56,164 nucleotides of DNA from assembly GCA_945957405.1 (NCBI GenBank), contig CAMFLL010000001.1, forward strand, positions 1 through 56,164, written 5' to 3'. Positions within the stretch are counted from its first letter, which is position 1. Each line of letters begins with the position of its first letter. The notes below the pieces were generated by a model. That model was not told the origin of the DNA. It saw nothing but the letters and a program-made list of their open reading frames with translations, and did not search any database. Below, in pieces: positions 42,159 to 51,969 of this stretch. The translations under genes and the position numbers were made by a program. This DNA is from an uncultured Mycolicibacterium sp. (GTDB lineage Bacteria > Actinomycetota > Actinomycetes > Mycobacteriales > Mycobacteriaceae).

Positions 42159-43793
42159 GTGACCACGACCTGGAACAACCGCCGCCTCGAGAAGGGTCGA
42201 CGGCTGGCTGCGGCCGCCTCGTCGATCGATGGCAAAGTGGCGGCGACAGGTGCGCTGAAGGACTTGCTGCACAACGTGATCCGGCCCGGTGACAAGGTCG
42301 CGCTGGAGGGCGACAACCAGAAGCAGGCCGATTTCCTGTCCCGCACCCTCGCCGACTGCGATCCCGCCCGGCTGCAGAACCTGCACATGCTCATCTCCAG
42401 CGTGTCGCGCACCGAGCACCTCGATCTGTTCGAGCGCGGCATCGCCACAACTCTCGACCTGGCCTACGCCGGCCCGCAGAGTGTGCGCATCGCGCAACTG
42501 GTCCAAGACGGGGTGGTCCGTATCGGCGCCATCCACACCTATGTCGAGTTGTACGCCCGGATGTTCGTCGACCTCGCGCCGAACGTGGCGCTGCTGTGCG
42601 CCGAACTGGCCGACGCCCACGGCAATCTCTACACGGGCCCGAACACCGAGGACACCCCGACCATCGCGGAGGCGACAGCCTTCCACGACGGCGTGGTGAT
42701 CGTGCAGGTCAACGAGATCGTGGACACCGCTTCGCTCCCCCGCGTCGACATCCCCGGCGACTGGGTGGACGTCGTGGTGACCGCCGACCGGCCCTTCGCA
42801 CTGGAACCACTGTTCACCCGCGACCCCCGGCAGATCGGTGACGTCGAGATCCTCAAGGCGATGATCGCACTACGCGGCGTGTACGAGCGCCACCAGGTGG
42901 TATCGCTCAATCACGGAGTCGGGTTCGACACCGCCGCGATCGAACTACTACTCCCGACGTACGGAGAGCAGCTGGGTTTGAAGGGACGGATCGCGCGCCA
43001 CTGGGTGCTCAACCCGCATCCGACGTTGATCCCCGCGATCGAATCCGGTTGGGTCAGTTCGATTCACAGTTTTGGTGGCGAGGCCGGGATGGAACGCTAC
43101 ACCGCCGCCCGCCCCGATGTGTTCTTCACCGGCGCCGACGGCTCACTACGCTCCAACCGGGTACTCGCGCAGCTGGCCGGGCAGTACGCCATCGACATGT
43201 TCATCGGATCCTCGTTGCAGATCGATCGCGACGGCAATTCTTCGACCGTCACCGATGGCCGGCTGTCAGGCTTCGGCGGTGCACCCAACATGGGACACGA
43301 CCCCCATGGGCGGCGGCATCCATCAGCGACGTGGCTCGAGCTGGCCGACGGTGACGGCGCCGGCCGCCGCGGACGCAAACTCGTGGTTCAGATCGCACAG
43401 ACCTTTCGCGCGGGTGGGGTTCCGACATTCGTCGAGACGCTCGACGCGGTCGACGTGGGACGCAACGCGGGAATGCCGCTTCCTCCGGTGATGATCTACG
43501 GCGACGATGTCTCCCACGTGGTCACCGAGGAGGGGGTGGCCTACCTGTACAAGGCACCCTCGCTCGCCGACCGGCGCGACGCATTGGCCGCGGTCGCCGG
43601 CGTCACCCCGGTGGGACGGGCGGCTCGAAACGTCGAGGCACTGCGACGCGACGGACTGGTCCCCTTCCCCGAAGACCTCGGTGTCGAAAGTCGGCTGGCG
43701 AACCGGTCCCTGCTGGCCGCCCGCAGCATCGAAGACCTCGTCGCGTGGTCGGGTGGCTTGTACGACCCGCCCTCACAGTTCCGGGATTGGTGA
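42159..43793 (+). CDS. mdcA: Malonate decarboxylase alpha subunit
   Basis: LEGDNQKQADFL, IHTYVELY, LNHGVGFDTAAIELLLPT, GFGGAPNMG, PVMIYGDDV. Start GTG 42159 (or ATG 42150). Confidence 0.95.
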   Translation: MTTTWNNRRLEKGRRLAAAASSIDGKVAATGALKDLLHNVIRPGDKVALEGDNQKQADFLSRTLADCDPARLQNLHMLISSVSRTEHLDLFERGIATTLDLAYAGPQSVRIAQLVQDGVVRIGAIHTYVELYARMFVDLAPNVALLCAELADAHGNLYTGPNTEDTPTIAEATAFHDGVVIVQVNEIVDTASLPRVDIPGDWVDVVVTADRPFALEPLFTRDPRQIGDVEILKAMIALRGVYERHQVVSLNHGVGFDTAAIELLLPTYGEQLGLKGRIARHWVLNPHPTLIPAIESGWVSSIHSFGGEAGMERYTAARPDVFFTGADGSLRSNRVLAQLAGQYAIDMFIGSSLQIDRDGNSSTVTDGRLSGFGGAPNMGHDPHGRRHPSATWLELADGDGAGRRGRKLVVQIAQTFRAGGVPTFVETLDAVDVGRNAGMPLPPVMIYGDDVSHVVTEEGVAYLYKAPSLADRRDALAAVAGVTPVGRAARNVEALRRDGLVPFPEDLGVESRLANRSLLAARSIEDLVAWSGGLYDPPSQFRDW

Positions 43794-43796
43794 GAT

Positions 43797-44612
43797 ATGA
43801 CTTTGGCCGTACCGACGCTCGTTTCCGCGGACCGCATTGCAGGCCTGGCGGTCACAGCGCTGCACGACGAGATCGAGCTGACCCCGAAGCCTGGGTTGGT
43901 GGACCGGCGCGGCACCGGTGCGCACCACGACATGACCGCGGCGATGCTGCATGACTCCGCCGACGCACTGCACGCGGCCTTCCGCGAATGCGTCTACGCC
44001 GCGCGAGAACTGCCGCCCGGTCGTGAACTACGCGCACGGATCGGGTGCATCGGACGGTTGGGTGAGCAGGCGATGCTGACCGTGACCAAGGGTGTGAACA
44101 CCCATCGCGGAGCGCTATGGGCACTCGGCTTGCTCAGCGCTTCAAGCGGAGCGGGTGCAGGCAGCGTACCCGACGTGCTCGCCACCGCCGCTCGGTTGGC
44201 GCGAATCCCAGACCCGGCGCCACAGGCACGCAGGGACACGTCACATGGTGCCGTCGTTCGACGTCGATTCGGCGCCACCGGTGCGCTCGGCCAGGCGCAA
44301 GCAGGCTTTCCCGACGTCGCCCATCACGGCCTGCCGGCACTGCGGCGAGGACAGCCGTTGGATGCGCTGGTGGCGTTGATGGCCCACGTCGACGACACGT
44401 GCCTGCTCTACCGTGGTGGAGCGGGCGGGCTCGCCGACGTACAGCAGGCTGCCTGCGCGGTACTCGACGCCGGGGGTACGACATCGGTGGCAGGCAGCCG
44501 TCGTTTCGCCGAACTCGACCGCCTGTGCGCAGTGCGACGGTTGTCTCCCGGCGGTGCGGGCGATCTCCTGGCCGCCACGATGTTCCTTGATGCGCTCGAC
44601 CGCGAAAGGTGA
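43797..44612 (+). CDS. mdcB: Triphosphoribosyl-dephospho-CoA synthase
   Basis: TPKPGLVD, GVNTHRGA, DDTCL..RGG, SPGGAGDLLA motifs. Confidence 0.92.
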   Translation: MTLAVPTLVSADRIAGLAVTALHDEIELTPKPGLVDRRGTGAHHDMTAAMLHDSADALHAAFRECVYAARELPPGRELRARIGCIGRLGEQAMLTVTKGVNTHRGALWALGLLSASSGAGAGSVPDVLATAARLARIPDPAPQARRDTSHGAVVRRRFGATGALGQAQAGFPDVAHHGLPALRRGQPLDALVALMAHVDDTCLLYRGGAGGLADVQQAACAVLDAGGTTSVAGSRRFAELDRLCAVRRLSPGGAGDLLAATMFLDALDRER

Positions 44613-44616
44613 CGGC

Positions 44617-44919
44617 ATGCAGATCCTGACCTACCAGTTCCCCGCCGACCAGCATCCGACCAGACGGGTGCATGTCGGGGTCGTCGCATCTGGTGATGTC
44701 GAGATCCTGCTTGAAGCAACAGATTCCGACGGCGCTACCGTACGCGTGCGCACCAGCGTGGATGGCTTCGACACCGTGTGGCGCGACGTCCTGCAACGGT
44801 TCTTCAACCAGACGCCGCTGGCGGGTTCCTGGGAACTCAACGACTCCGGAGCCACGCCCGGCGTTGTCGTGCTGCGGCTGCGACAAGCCGCCGAAACCGC
44901 GCTCGCGGGATCCTCGTGA
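44617..44919 (+). CDS. mdcC: Malonate decarboxylase acyl carrier protein (delta)
   Basis: VGVVASGDVEILLE, TSVDGF..VW, NDSGATPGVV.LRL.QA motifs. Confidence 0.92.
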   Translation: MQILTYQFPADQHPTRRVHVGVVASGDVEILLEATDSDGATVRVRTSVDGFDTVWRDVLQRFFNQTPLAGSWELNDSGATPGVVVLRLRQAAETALAGSS

Positions 44920-46577
44920 GTGCCGGCGAACGGCTGCTGGCCGGGCTGAGTTGGGAACAATTGCGTAACCGGCACAGTTTCATCGAACTCAACGCGTTGG
45001 CGCGCTGCACAGCGCTGCTCGACGCCGGGACCATGCGGGTGCTCCTGGGACCGTTCGCCCGGGTCGAGTCACCCTGGCTGCAACCACAAGGCATCACACC
45101 GCAATCCGACGACGGTGTCGTCATCGCGCGCGGCATGGTCGGCGGGGCACCGGTGGTGATCGCGGCGATCGAACAAAGGTTTCAGGGCGGCGCCATCGGC
45201 GAGGTTTCGGGCGCCAAGATCACCGACGCCCTCCGGCACGCCGTGGCGGAGTCGGCCTCCGGCGCTCCGACAGCCGCGATCATCCTGTTCGAAACCGGCG
45301 GTGTGCGGTTACAGGAGGCCAACCTCGGACTCAACGCCGTCGCCGAGATCTGTTCGGCGGTACTGGATCTACGGCGGGCCGCCCCCGTTGTCGGCATTGT
45401 TGCGGGCACCGTCGGATGTTTCGGGGGGATGGGTATTGTCGCGGGGCTGTGCACACGGCTAATCGTCACTCCGCAGGCCCGGCTCGGGCTCAACGGTCCC
45501 GCGGTCATCGAACAGGAGCACGGCATCGACGAATTCGACTCGCACGATCACACCCTGATCTGGGCCGTCGACGGCGGCCAGGCCCGGCATGCCGCGGGCC
45601 TGGCCGACGACCTCGTCGCCGATGACGTCGACCTGATCCGCGTCGCGGTCACCAGTGCGGTCCGGGCCGACGCCGCACAGAGCGGACATCACCGCAGCCA
45701 ACGGCTCGACGATCTCGCCAACCGGATCGATGCCGTCACGACACCGGCTGTTGCCGCGAACTCCGCTACTGCCACAGTGACTCGCGGACGCGCCTGGCTT
45801 TCTGCGCTGACCGCAGGCCACCAGATCGAGGCGGTCATCCCGTCGGTCTTGCGAGTGCTCACCGACGATGCGCTCTACCTGGCCGTGGTTCCCGATCCCG
45901 CCAACCGATTCCACTGCGCACGCAACGGCGAGGTCGGCCTCACCGAATCACTTGCTCTGGCGCGGGCCGTCCGCGACCTGGCCGCCACCGACACCGATGC
46001 ACCCCGAAGTCGGCCCATCATCGCCGTCGTCGACCTGCCCAGCCAGGCCTACGGACGCATCGAGGAGACAGTGGGCCTGCATCAGGTGATGGCAGCCGCC
46101 ACCGACGCCTACCACGCGGCGCGCACCGCCGGACATCCCGTGGTGGCTCTCGTCGTCGGGTCGGCACTGTCAGGCGGATTCCTCACCCACGGGCTGCAAG
46201 CCAATCAGATTCTGGCTCTTGATGATCCTGGCGTCGAGATCCATGCCATGCACCGTGAGGCGGCCGCTCGCATCACCCTCCGGACAGTGGCCGACCTGGA
46301 ACGGCTCGCCACCACCATCACACCGTTGAGCTTCCGAGTCTCTGACTGGGCCACGCTGGGATTCTGCGACGGACTGCTACGCGTCGACGACGCCGACACC
46401 CCCACCGCCGATGACATTGCCCTGGTTCATGGAGCAATCGAGCAGGCGGTCGAAAGCGCCCGAAGCGGACCATGGGATTTGTCGAACCGTCTCGACTCCG
46501 CCGCGGCCGCGACAGCGCGCAAAGCGTCGCGCACCGTGCATGACCAGATGGCTCACGAGTGGGCAGACGACACGTGA
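44916..46577 (+). CDS. mdcD: Malonate decarboxylase beta-gamma fusion (MdcD+MdcE)
   Basis: N-half: QSDDG, FQGG..GEVSG, ETGGVRLQE, GCFGG. C-half: GEVGL, PSQAYGR.EE, ALSGGFL.HG, ARIT. Single frame. Confidence 0.9.
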   Translation: MSAGERLLAGLSWEQLRNRHSFIELNALARCTALLDAGTMRVLLGPFARVESPWLQPQGITPQSDDGVVIARGMVGGAPVVIAAIEQRFQGGAIGEVSGAKITDALRHAVAESASGAPTAAIILFETGGVRLQEANLGLNAVAEICSAVLDLRRAAPVVGIVAGTVGCFGGMGIVAGLCTRLIVTPQARLGLNGPAVIEQEHGIDEFDSHDHTLIWAVDGGQARHAAGLADDLVADDVDLIRVAVTSAVRADAAQSGHHRSQRLDDLANRIDAVTTPAVAANSATATVTRGRAWLSALTAGHQIEAVIPSVLRVLTDDALYLAVVPDPANRFHCARNGEVGLTESLALARAVRDLAATDTDAPRSRPIIAVVDLPSQAYGRIEETVGLHQVMAAATDAYHAARTAGHPVVALVVGSALSGGFLTHGLQANQILALDDPGVEIHAMHREAAARITLRTVADLERLATTITPLSFRVSDWATLGFCDGLLRVDDADTPTADDIALVHGAIEQAVESARSGPWDLSNRLDSAAAATARKASRTVHDQMAHEWADDT

Positions 46578-47182
46578 GACCACGTCCGCACGACCTGCTC
46601 CGGCTGGATGACTGGCACGCCGCGATCCGCGCCGACACTCCGCCCTGGGTGGCGGAGAGCCTGGCGGCGACGCCATGGGTTGTCGTGCGCCGCAGTGTGG
46701 CCCGGCCAGGTGGCATCCCGGTCGGCGTCCGCGGGCCCAGTCGATCCCACCGGCACGCCATGGCGCTGCCCAGTTACTGTGTTGCCGAAACGATTACGCC
46801 CCAGATGTTGAGCTCCGATCTACCCGAGTCACGTTTCCTGCCCCCGTTCGACGCCGTGCGGGCCGTCGCGCTGCGGTTACGCGGTACCGAACTGCGATGG
46901 GGACCCACCGGCAGCGTGGGATTCGAACTCGCCACCGGCTCGCCCTGCGTCAGCCCGGACAGCGATCTCGATCTTGCCGTCTACCTCGATTCGGCCGCTG
47001 ACACTGCGGGACTGCATGCCTTGCAGTCGGTCATGGAGCACATCCCGTGCCGGATCGATTGTCAGCTCGAGTTCAGCTGGGGTGCAGTTGCTCTCGCCGA
47101 TCTGGCGTCAGGATCTCCGACGGTACTCGCGAAATGTCCCGATGGTCCTCGCCTCGTCGAGACGGCGGCGTTGACGTCATGA
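46574..47182 (+). CDS. mdcG: Malonate decarboxylase holo-ACP synthase
   Basis: RPHDLL, WVVVRR, VGVRG..R..R, WGPTGSVGFELATG, SDLDL, RIDCQ motifs. Confidence 0.9.
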   Translation: MRPRPHDLLRLDDWHAAIRADTPPWVAESLAATPWVVVRRSVARPGGIPVGVRGPSRSHRHAMALPSYCVAETITPQMLSSDLPESRFLPPFDAVRAVALRLRGTELRWGPTGSVGFELATGSPCVSPDSDLDLAVYLDSAADTAGLHALQSVMEHIPCRIDCQLEFSWGAVALADLASGSPTVLAKCPDGPRLVETAALTS

Positions 47183-48108
47183 CCGTCGCGCTGCTGTTTC
47201 CCGGCCAAGGTGCCCAACAGGCGCACATGCTGGAGGGTCTGCCGGACTCGACCACCGCTCGACAGGTGCTCGACGAGGCCCGAGCGATCATCGGCACGCT
47301 CGGGATCACCGGTGATGTCGATGATCCCGGCCGCGACACCGTCGCCTCCCAATTGGCCCTTGTCACAGCCGGAGTCGCCTGTGGACGTGCCCTCACCGAG
47401 GACGGCGGGGTGAATGTGGGCTTCGTCGCCGGGCACTCCGTCGGCGCCTTCCCAGCAGCCGCCTTGGCCGGGGTGATCAGCCTCCGCGATGCGTTGATCA
47501 CGGTTCACCAGCGCGCAGTGTCCATGAAAGCCGTTTGCGGCGACCGCGACTGGGGCATGGCGGCCATACTTGGCCTTCGAACCGCCACTGCATCCGCGAT
47601 CGCTCATGAGGCCGCCACCGTCGATCACCCTGTTTGGGTGGCGAATGTCAACAGCGCCACCCAGACGGTGTTAGCCGGATCTGTCGCCGGTCTGACCGCG
47701 CTCGAGGAGCGCGCGCGTGTCGCCGGCGCGCGCTCCTTTGAACGACTCGACGTCGACATCGCATCGCACGGACAGCTGCAGGAACCGACCGCGGAGATCG
47801 TGGCGCGCTGCCTGGATGCGGTGACGGTACAACCGCCAACGGTCAAATACATCAGTAACATCGGCGGGCGAACCATCAGCTCCGCGGCTGCGGTGTGCTA
47901 CGACCTCGCCTACTCGGTGACCCGTCCGGTCCGTTGGTATGACGGCGTGCGGCTGATGGCTGAACTCGGCGTCACCTGCACTGTCGAGGTGCTCCCCGGC
48001 CACACCCTGAGCCGGCTGGTCGACGCGACGGTACCCGCGATCACCACGCTCGCCCTCGGCGAGGAGGGATTCACCAACTGTGCCGCGCGCGCTCGCCGTC
48101 ACACGTAA
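47179..48108 (+). CDS. mdcH: Malonyl-CoA:ACP transacylase (malonate decarboxylase epsilon)
   Basis: FPGQGAQ, GHSVG, ANVNS..Q, ASH, PVRW motifs. Confidence 0.9.
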   Translation: MTVALLFPGQGAQQAHMLEGLPDSTTARQVLDEARAIIGTLGITGDVDDPGRDTVASQLALVTAGVACGRALTEDGGVNVGFVAGHSVGAFPAAALAGVISLRDALITVHQRAVSMKAVCGDRDWGMAAILGLRTATASAIAHEAATVDHPVWVANVNSATQTVLAGSVAGLTALEERARVAGARSFERLDVDIASHGQLQEPTAEIVARCLDAVTVQPPTVKYISNIGGRTISSAAAVCYDLAYSVTRPVRWYDGVRLMAELGVTCTVEVLPGHTLSRLVDATVPAITTLALGEEGFTNCAARARRHT

Positions 48109-49331
48109 CGGTTGCGCCCGGCCAGCGCACCGAAGGTCATCTGTGCGAGGTAGACCACCATCACCATGATCAGGGGGACGGTCCACCCGTGGGTGACGTC
48201 GTGCAGGATCCCGAACAAGAAGGGGCCGACACCGGCCAGCAGATAGCCGAATCCCTGTGCCATTCCTGACAGTTGCGCCGTGTCTTCAGTCGTCCTCGCC
48301 CGGAGCGCGATCACCGTCAGCGCCAAGGAGAACACGCTCATACCGAGGCCGACGAGGATGCTCCACAGCAGCGGTGCGGCTGCGGGTGCGACGAGGAGCC
48401 CGATGACACCACCGAATCCGATCACTCCGAGGGCGATGATCCATGCACTCTGCGAACGTGATCGGGCAGCCAGCGGTGCGATGAAAATGCTGATGGGGAC
48501 CGCGATCAGCGACGTCAGACCGACGAGCAGGCCCGCGGTTGCCTTGCTGACGCCGTTGTCGATGAAGACCAGCGGCAGCCAGCCCATCATGACGTAAGCC
48601 AGGAACGACTGGAAACCGAAGAACAGTGTCACCGTCCACGCCAGTCGATTGCGAATCAGCGACCGCTTCTCACCCGTGGTCGCCGACGGGGTGAGCTTGG
48701 GCAGTCTGCGTTCGACCAGGAGCCACACCGCGAGCGCCACGAGTGCCAGCGCGGCCCAGGACGCCAGCGCGGCGCGCCATCCCCCGAAGCTGGTCTCCAG
48801 CGGCGGCGTGACAGCCGAACCGAGCGCGCCGCCCCCTTGAAGTGCGGCGGTGTAGATCCCCGTCATCAACCCGACCCGGGCCGGGAACGATCCTTTGATC
48901 ACCACCGGGATCAGGACGTTGATCAACGCAATACCAGCAGTGGCCACGAGCGTGCCGCCGATGACCACCCACGGTCCGTCCGTGACGCGAATGATGAGGC
49001 CGGCGGCGAGCACCATCAAGGCAATGGTGATGGCGCGACCAAGGCCCGCCTTGCGCGCCAACAAAGGTGCCGTCAACCCCGCTGCGGCAAAACACAGCCC
49101 GGGCAACGTCGTGAGCAGTCCGGCCCACGTGGCGGAAGCGCCCAGCGATCCGCGAATCTCGTCGAGCAGCGGGCCCACACTGGTGATCGCCGGCCGCAGG
49201 TTCATCGCGGTGAGCACCACCGCGGCCACGAGTAAGACGGCACCCAGAACGGGTGATCGCAGCGCACGGTCACTGCTCAGGGCCGCAGGATCGGCTCTGA
49301 GCGTGCTGTCGGCATGCGTGTCAGCGGTCAC
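48099..49331 (-). CDS. CynX/NimT family MFS transporter
   Basis: NLRPAITSVGPLL, GLLTTLP, NVLIP..IK..FP, LSGMAQGFGY motifs. Confidence 0.9.
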   Translation of the reverse strand: MTADTHADSTLRADPAALSSDRALRSPVLGAVLLVAAVVLTAMNLRPAITSVGPLLDEIRGSLGASATWAGLLTTLPGLCFAAAGLTAPLLARKAGLGRAITIALMVLAAGLIIRVTDGPWVVIGGTLVATAGIALINVLIPVVIKGSFPARVGLMTGIYTAALQGGGALGSAVTPPLETSFGGWRAALASWAALALVALAVWLLVERRLPKLTPSATTGEKRSLIRNRLAWTVTLFFGFQSFLAYVMMGWLPLVFIDNGVSKATAGLLVGLTSLIAVPISIFIAPLAARSRSQSAWIIALGVIGFGGVIGLLVAPAAAPLLWSILVGLGMSVFSLALTVIALRARTTEDTAQLSGMAQGFGYLLAGVGPFLFGILHDVTHGWTVPLIMVMVVYLAQMTFGALAGRNRYV

Positions 49332-49344
49332 GGGTGTACCCTAA

Positions 49345-49369
49345 CATTCATCCTATGATTGGATGAATG
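49345..49369. promoter_or_regulatory. Candidate FadR operator
   Basis: Perfect inverted repeat CATTCATCC-N7-GGATGAATG in the short divergent gap between the MFS and FadR genes. Confidence 0.65.
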
Positions 49370-49377
49370 GAGCAGCT

Positions 49378-50055
49378 GTGCCTTTGGCCACAACGCGGCG
49401 GACCGGCTTGGTCGACCAGGTAATCGACCAGCTGCGCCAGAGCGTGTGCTCGGGTGAGTGGCCCGTCGGATCGCGGGTGCCCACCGAGCCCGAACTGGCT
49501 GTGGCCTTGGGAGTGGGGCGCAACACCGTGCGCGAAGCGGTGCGCGCCCTCGCGCACAACGGCATCTTCGAAGTACGCCAGGGCGACGGCACCTATGTGC
49601 GCGCCACTACCGAGGTTTCCGGTGCGGTGCGACGGCTGGTCGGGTCGGAACTGCGTGAAGTGCTCCAGGTTCGGCGCTGCCTCGAAGTCGAGGGGGCGCG
49701 GCTGGCCGCCTCCGCCCGCACCGAGCAGGACATCGCCGAGCTACGCGAGCTACTCGAACGCCGAAATGTGCTCGAAAGTGGCGGGGACCGTGACGAATTC
49801 GCCCTAGCCGATACATTGCTGCATCGTGCTGTTGTCCAGGCTTCGCACAACACCGTCCTGACCGAGCTGCACAAGGGGCTCACCGAGGTCATCACTGCCA
49901 GCACCGCCATCATGAGCAGAACCGATGCCGGCAACAGCATCGAGCACGACGGGCTGATCGAGGCCATCATCGCTCGGGATGCGGAACGGGCGGCACGCGA
50001 GGCCGGGTGCTTCCTCGATGAGCTCCTCGGCGAACTGCCCGCCGACGGCTCCTGA
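49378..50055 (+). CDS. FadR/GntR family transcriptional regulator
   Basis: VPTEPELA..LGVGRNTVREA, RQGDGTYV; FCD domain D..LH...SHN..L...EH. Start GTG 49378 after GGAG (or ATG 49363). Confidence 0.93.
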   Translation: MPLATTRRTGLVDQVIDQLRQSVCSGEWPVGSRVPTEPELAVALGVGRNTVREAVRALAHNGIFEVRQGDGTYVRATTEVSGAVRRLVGSELREVLQVRRCLEVEGARLAASARTEQDIAELRELLERRNVLESGGDRDEFALADTLLHRAVVQASHNTVLTELHKGLTEVITASTAIMSRTDAGNSIEHDGLIEAIIARDAERAAREAGCFLDELLGELPADGS

Positions 50056-50111
50056 TCACGGGGCGCGCAGCTGACTCCTGCGAAAGAAATTCGGCCCGCC
50101 GTCGCCATCAC

Positions 50112-50128
50112 CCCGTAGCAAGCACGGG
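50112..50128. promoter_or_regulatory. CCCGT-N7-ACGGG palindrome (site 2 of 3)
   Basis: CCCGT-AGCAAGC-ACGGG upstream of the quinone oxidoreductase. Confidence 0.45.
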
Positions 50129-50188
50129 TTTGTCTCACCGCAGCCTGTGCTGGGATGAACCCGTGGCACACCGTTCCGGAGCGGACAG

Positions 50189-51160
50189 ATGAAAGCCGTG
50201 GTGATCACTGGCACCGGCGGTCGGCATGTCTTGGACTATGTGGATTTGCCTGATCCGGTCGCCGGGCCAGGCGAGACCTTGGTGCAGATTGCGTTTTCTG
50301 GCGTGAACTTCATGGACATCGGTGTTCGCCAGGGAATGCCATGGACGGAACCACCGGTGTATCCCCAGCGCCTGGGAGTCGAAGGTGCCGGCCGGGTGAT
50401 AGCGGTGGGTGCGGACGTCGACGACATCACCGTCGGCGACCGGGTGTGCTGGGCCTACGCGCCAGGCAGTTACGCGGAGCGGATCGCCATACCGGCCGCC
50501 AAGCTGGTGCACACCCCCGACGACATCGACGACCGCACCGCCGCGGCCGTCATGATGCAAGGCCTGACCGCCAGCCATTTCGCCACCGATTTCTATCCCA
50601 TCCGCGCCGGGGATGTCGCCTTCGTGCATGCCGCCGCGGGCGGCCTCGGCCTGCTGCTCACCCAGATCATCACGATGCGGGGTGGATCGGTGATCGGCCG
50701 GGTCTCCTCGGAAAGCAAAGCAGCGCTGGCCAAGAATGCCGGCGCTGGGCACATCATCGTCGACACCAAGGGGCGCTTCGCCGAGGAGACTTTACGCCTC
50801 ACCGACAACGCCGGAGTGAACATCGTCTACGACGGCGGTGGCCCGACAACGTTCCAGGGATCACTCGATATCCTGGCCCGCTCGGGCACATTCTGCTGGT
50901 ACGGCCCAGTGCTGGGTGGCCCTGAGCCGATCGACATCATGAGCCTGCCGAAGAGCATCAAGATCGGCTACGCAAACTACAACGACCACGTCCCGACACC
51001 GGAGTTGCTGCGAGCGCATACCGTCCAACTGTTCGACTGGATTGCCCAGGGAAAACTACGTATCCACGTCGGCGGCGAGTACCCGCTGGCGGAGGCGGCG
51101 ATGGCGCACGCCGATATGGAGGATCGCATCACCACCGGCAAGCTCCTGCTGTATCCGTGA
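50189..51160 (+). CDS. NADPH:quinone oxidoreductase (MDR family)
   Basis: GVNFMD, LGVEGAG, HAAAGGLG, VYDGGG, TTGKLLL motifs. Confidence 0.92.
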   Translation: MKAVVITGTGGRHVLDYVDLPDPVAGPGETLVQIAFSGVNFMDIGVRQGMPWTEPPVYPQRLGVEGAGRVIAVGADVDDITVGDRVCWAYAPGSYAERIAIPAAKLVHTPDDIDDRTAAAVMMQGLTASHFATDFYPIRAGDVAFVHAAAGGLGLLLTQIITMRGGSVIGRVSSESKAALAKNAGAGHIIVDTKGRFAEETLRLTDNAGVNIVYDGGGPTTFQGSLDILARSGTFCWYGPVLGGPEPIDIMSLPKSIKIGYANYNDHVPTPELLRAHTVQLFDWIAQGKLRIHVGGEYPLAEAAMAHADMEDRITTGKLLLYP

Positions 51161-51237
51161 ATGCGGTGGCGGGACCGATCCGGCCGGGTTCATTCTGAGC
51201 TGACAAATCCGCGGACGACAGTCGGAAGGACCCCGAA

Positions 51238-51813
51238 ATGGCCGACCAGGAACCCCCAGCCGTCGACGCCCACCTGGTCGCCAAGATCGCGCGAGCCAGG
51301 ATGTCGGGACCCCGACACATCACAGCCGAGGCGACCATCGCCGACTTCGACGGCGACGGCAACCAGGTCGTCCTGCACCAGGGCACCAACCACTGGACGT
51401 GCTTCCCCGGCAACGAGAACGAGATCGGCAACGTACCGATGTGCGCCGACCCGATGGGCTTGCAGTGGATGCTGGATATCATGACCGGCAAGCCGGCACC
51501 CACCAACGCCGCGCCCGGTCTGATCTACATGCTCTGCGGGGCAACACAACACAGCAACACCGATCCGTTCGACCGGACGAGCCCGCCGATCCCGATCGGA
51601 CCGCACTGGATGATCCTGTGGCCGTTCGATGCCGAGCGCGACGGTCTGCCCAGCACAGTGCGCGACGCCGGCGCGTGGGTCATGTTCGACAAGACGCCAT
51701 ACGCCTACCTGCACATCTGCGGCACTCCGTGGGCCGGCAACGAACACACCCCCGACGCTGTGGCTGCCTGGACCATGACCTACTCCCCCAGCACCGAACC
51801 GCCGACCTCCTGA
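51238..51813 (+). CDS. Hypothetical protein
   Basis: GC-biased codons and protein-like composition (GTNHWTCFP, PMCAD, YMLCG, SNTDP, GPHWMI, TPYAYLH); no functional family recognised. Confidence 0.75.
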   Translation: MADQEPPAVDAHLVAKIARARMSGPRHITAEATIADFDGDGNQVVLHQGTNHWTCFPGNENEIGNVPMCADPMGLQWMLDIMTGKPAPTNAAPGLIYMLCGATQHSNTDPFDRTSPPIPIGPHWMILWPFDAERDGLPSTVRDAGAWVMFDKTPYAYLHICGTPWAGNEHTPDAVAAWTMTYSPSTEPPTS

Positions 51814-51831
51814 AACGAAGCAGATCGAGTG

Positions 51832-51860
51832 CACACACCCGTGGTTGTCCCGGGTGTGTG
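51832..51860. promoter_or_regulatory. Inverted repeat containing CCCGT-N7-CCGGG (site 3 of 3); operator or terminator
   Basis: CACACACCCG-N9-CGGGTGTGTG perfect 10-bp inverted repeat upstream of the bicupin. Confidence 0.5.
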
Positions 51861-51969
51861 AAGCGGCGGTTCCTGGTCCACTGATCTCGGCAGCATCTTC
51901 GCCGAACAGACGCACAATGAGTCCGAACACGGACCACCCGAATAACTTTCGCCAGACAGGAACTCGCCC

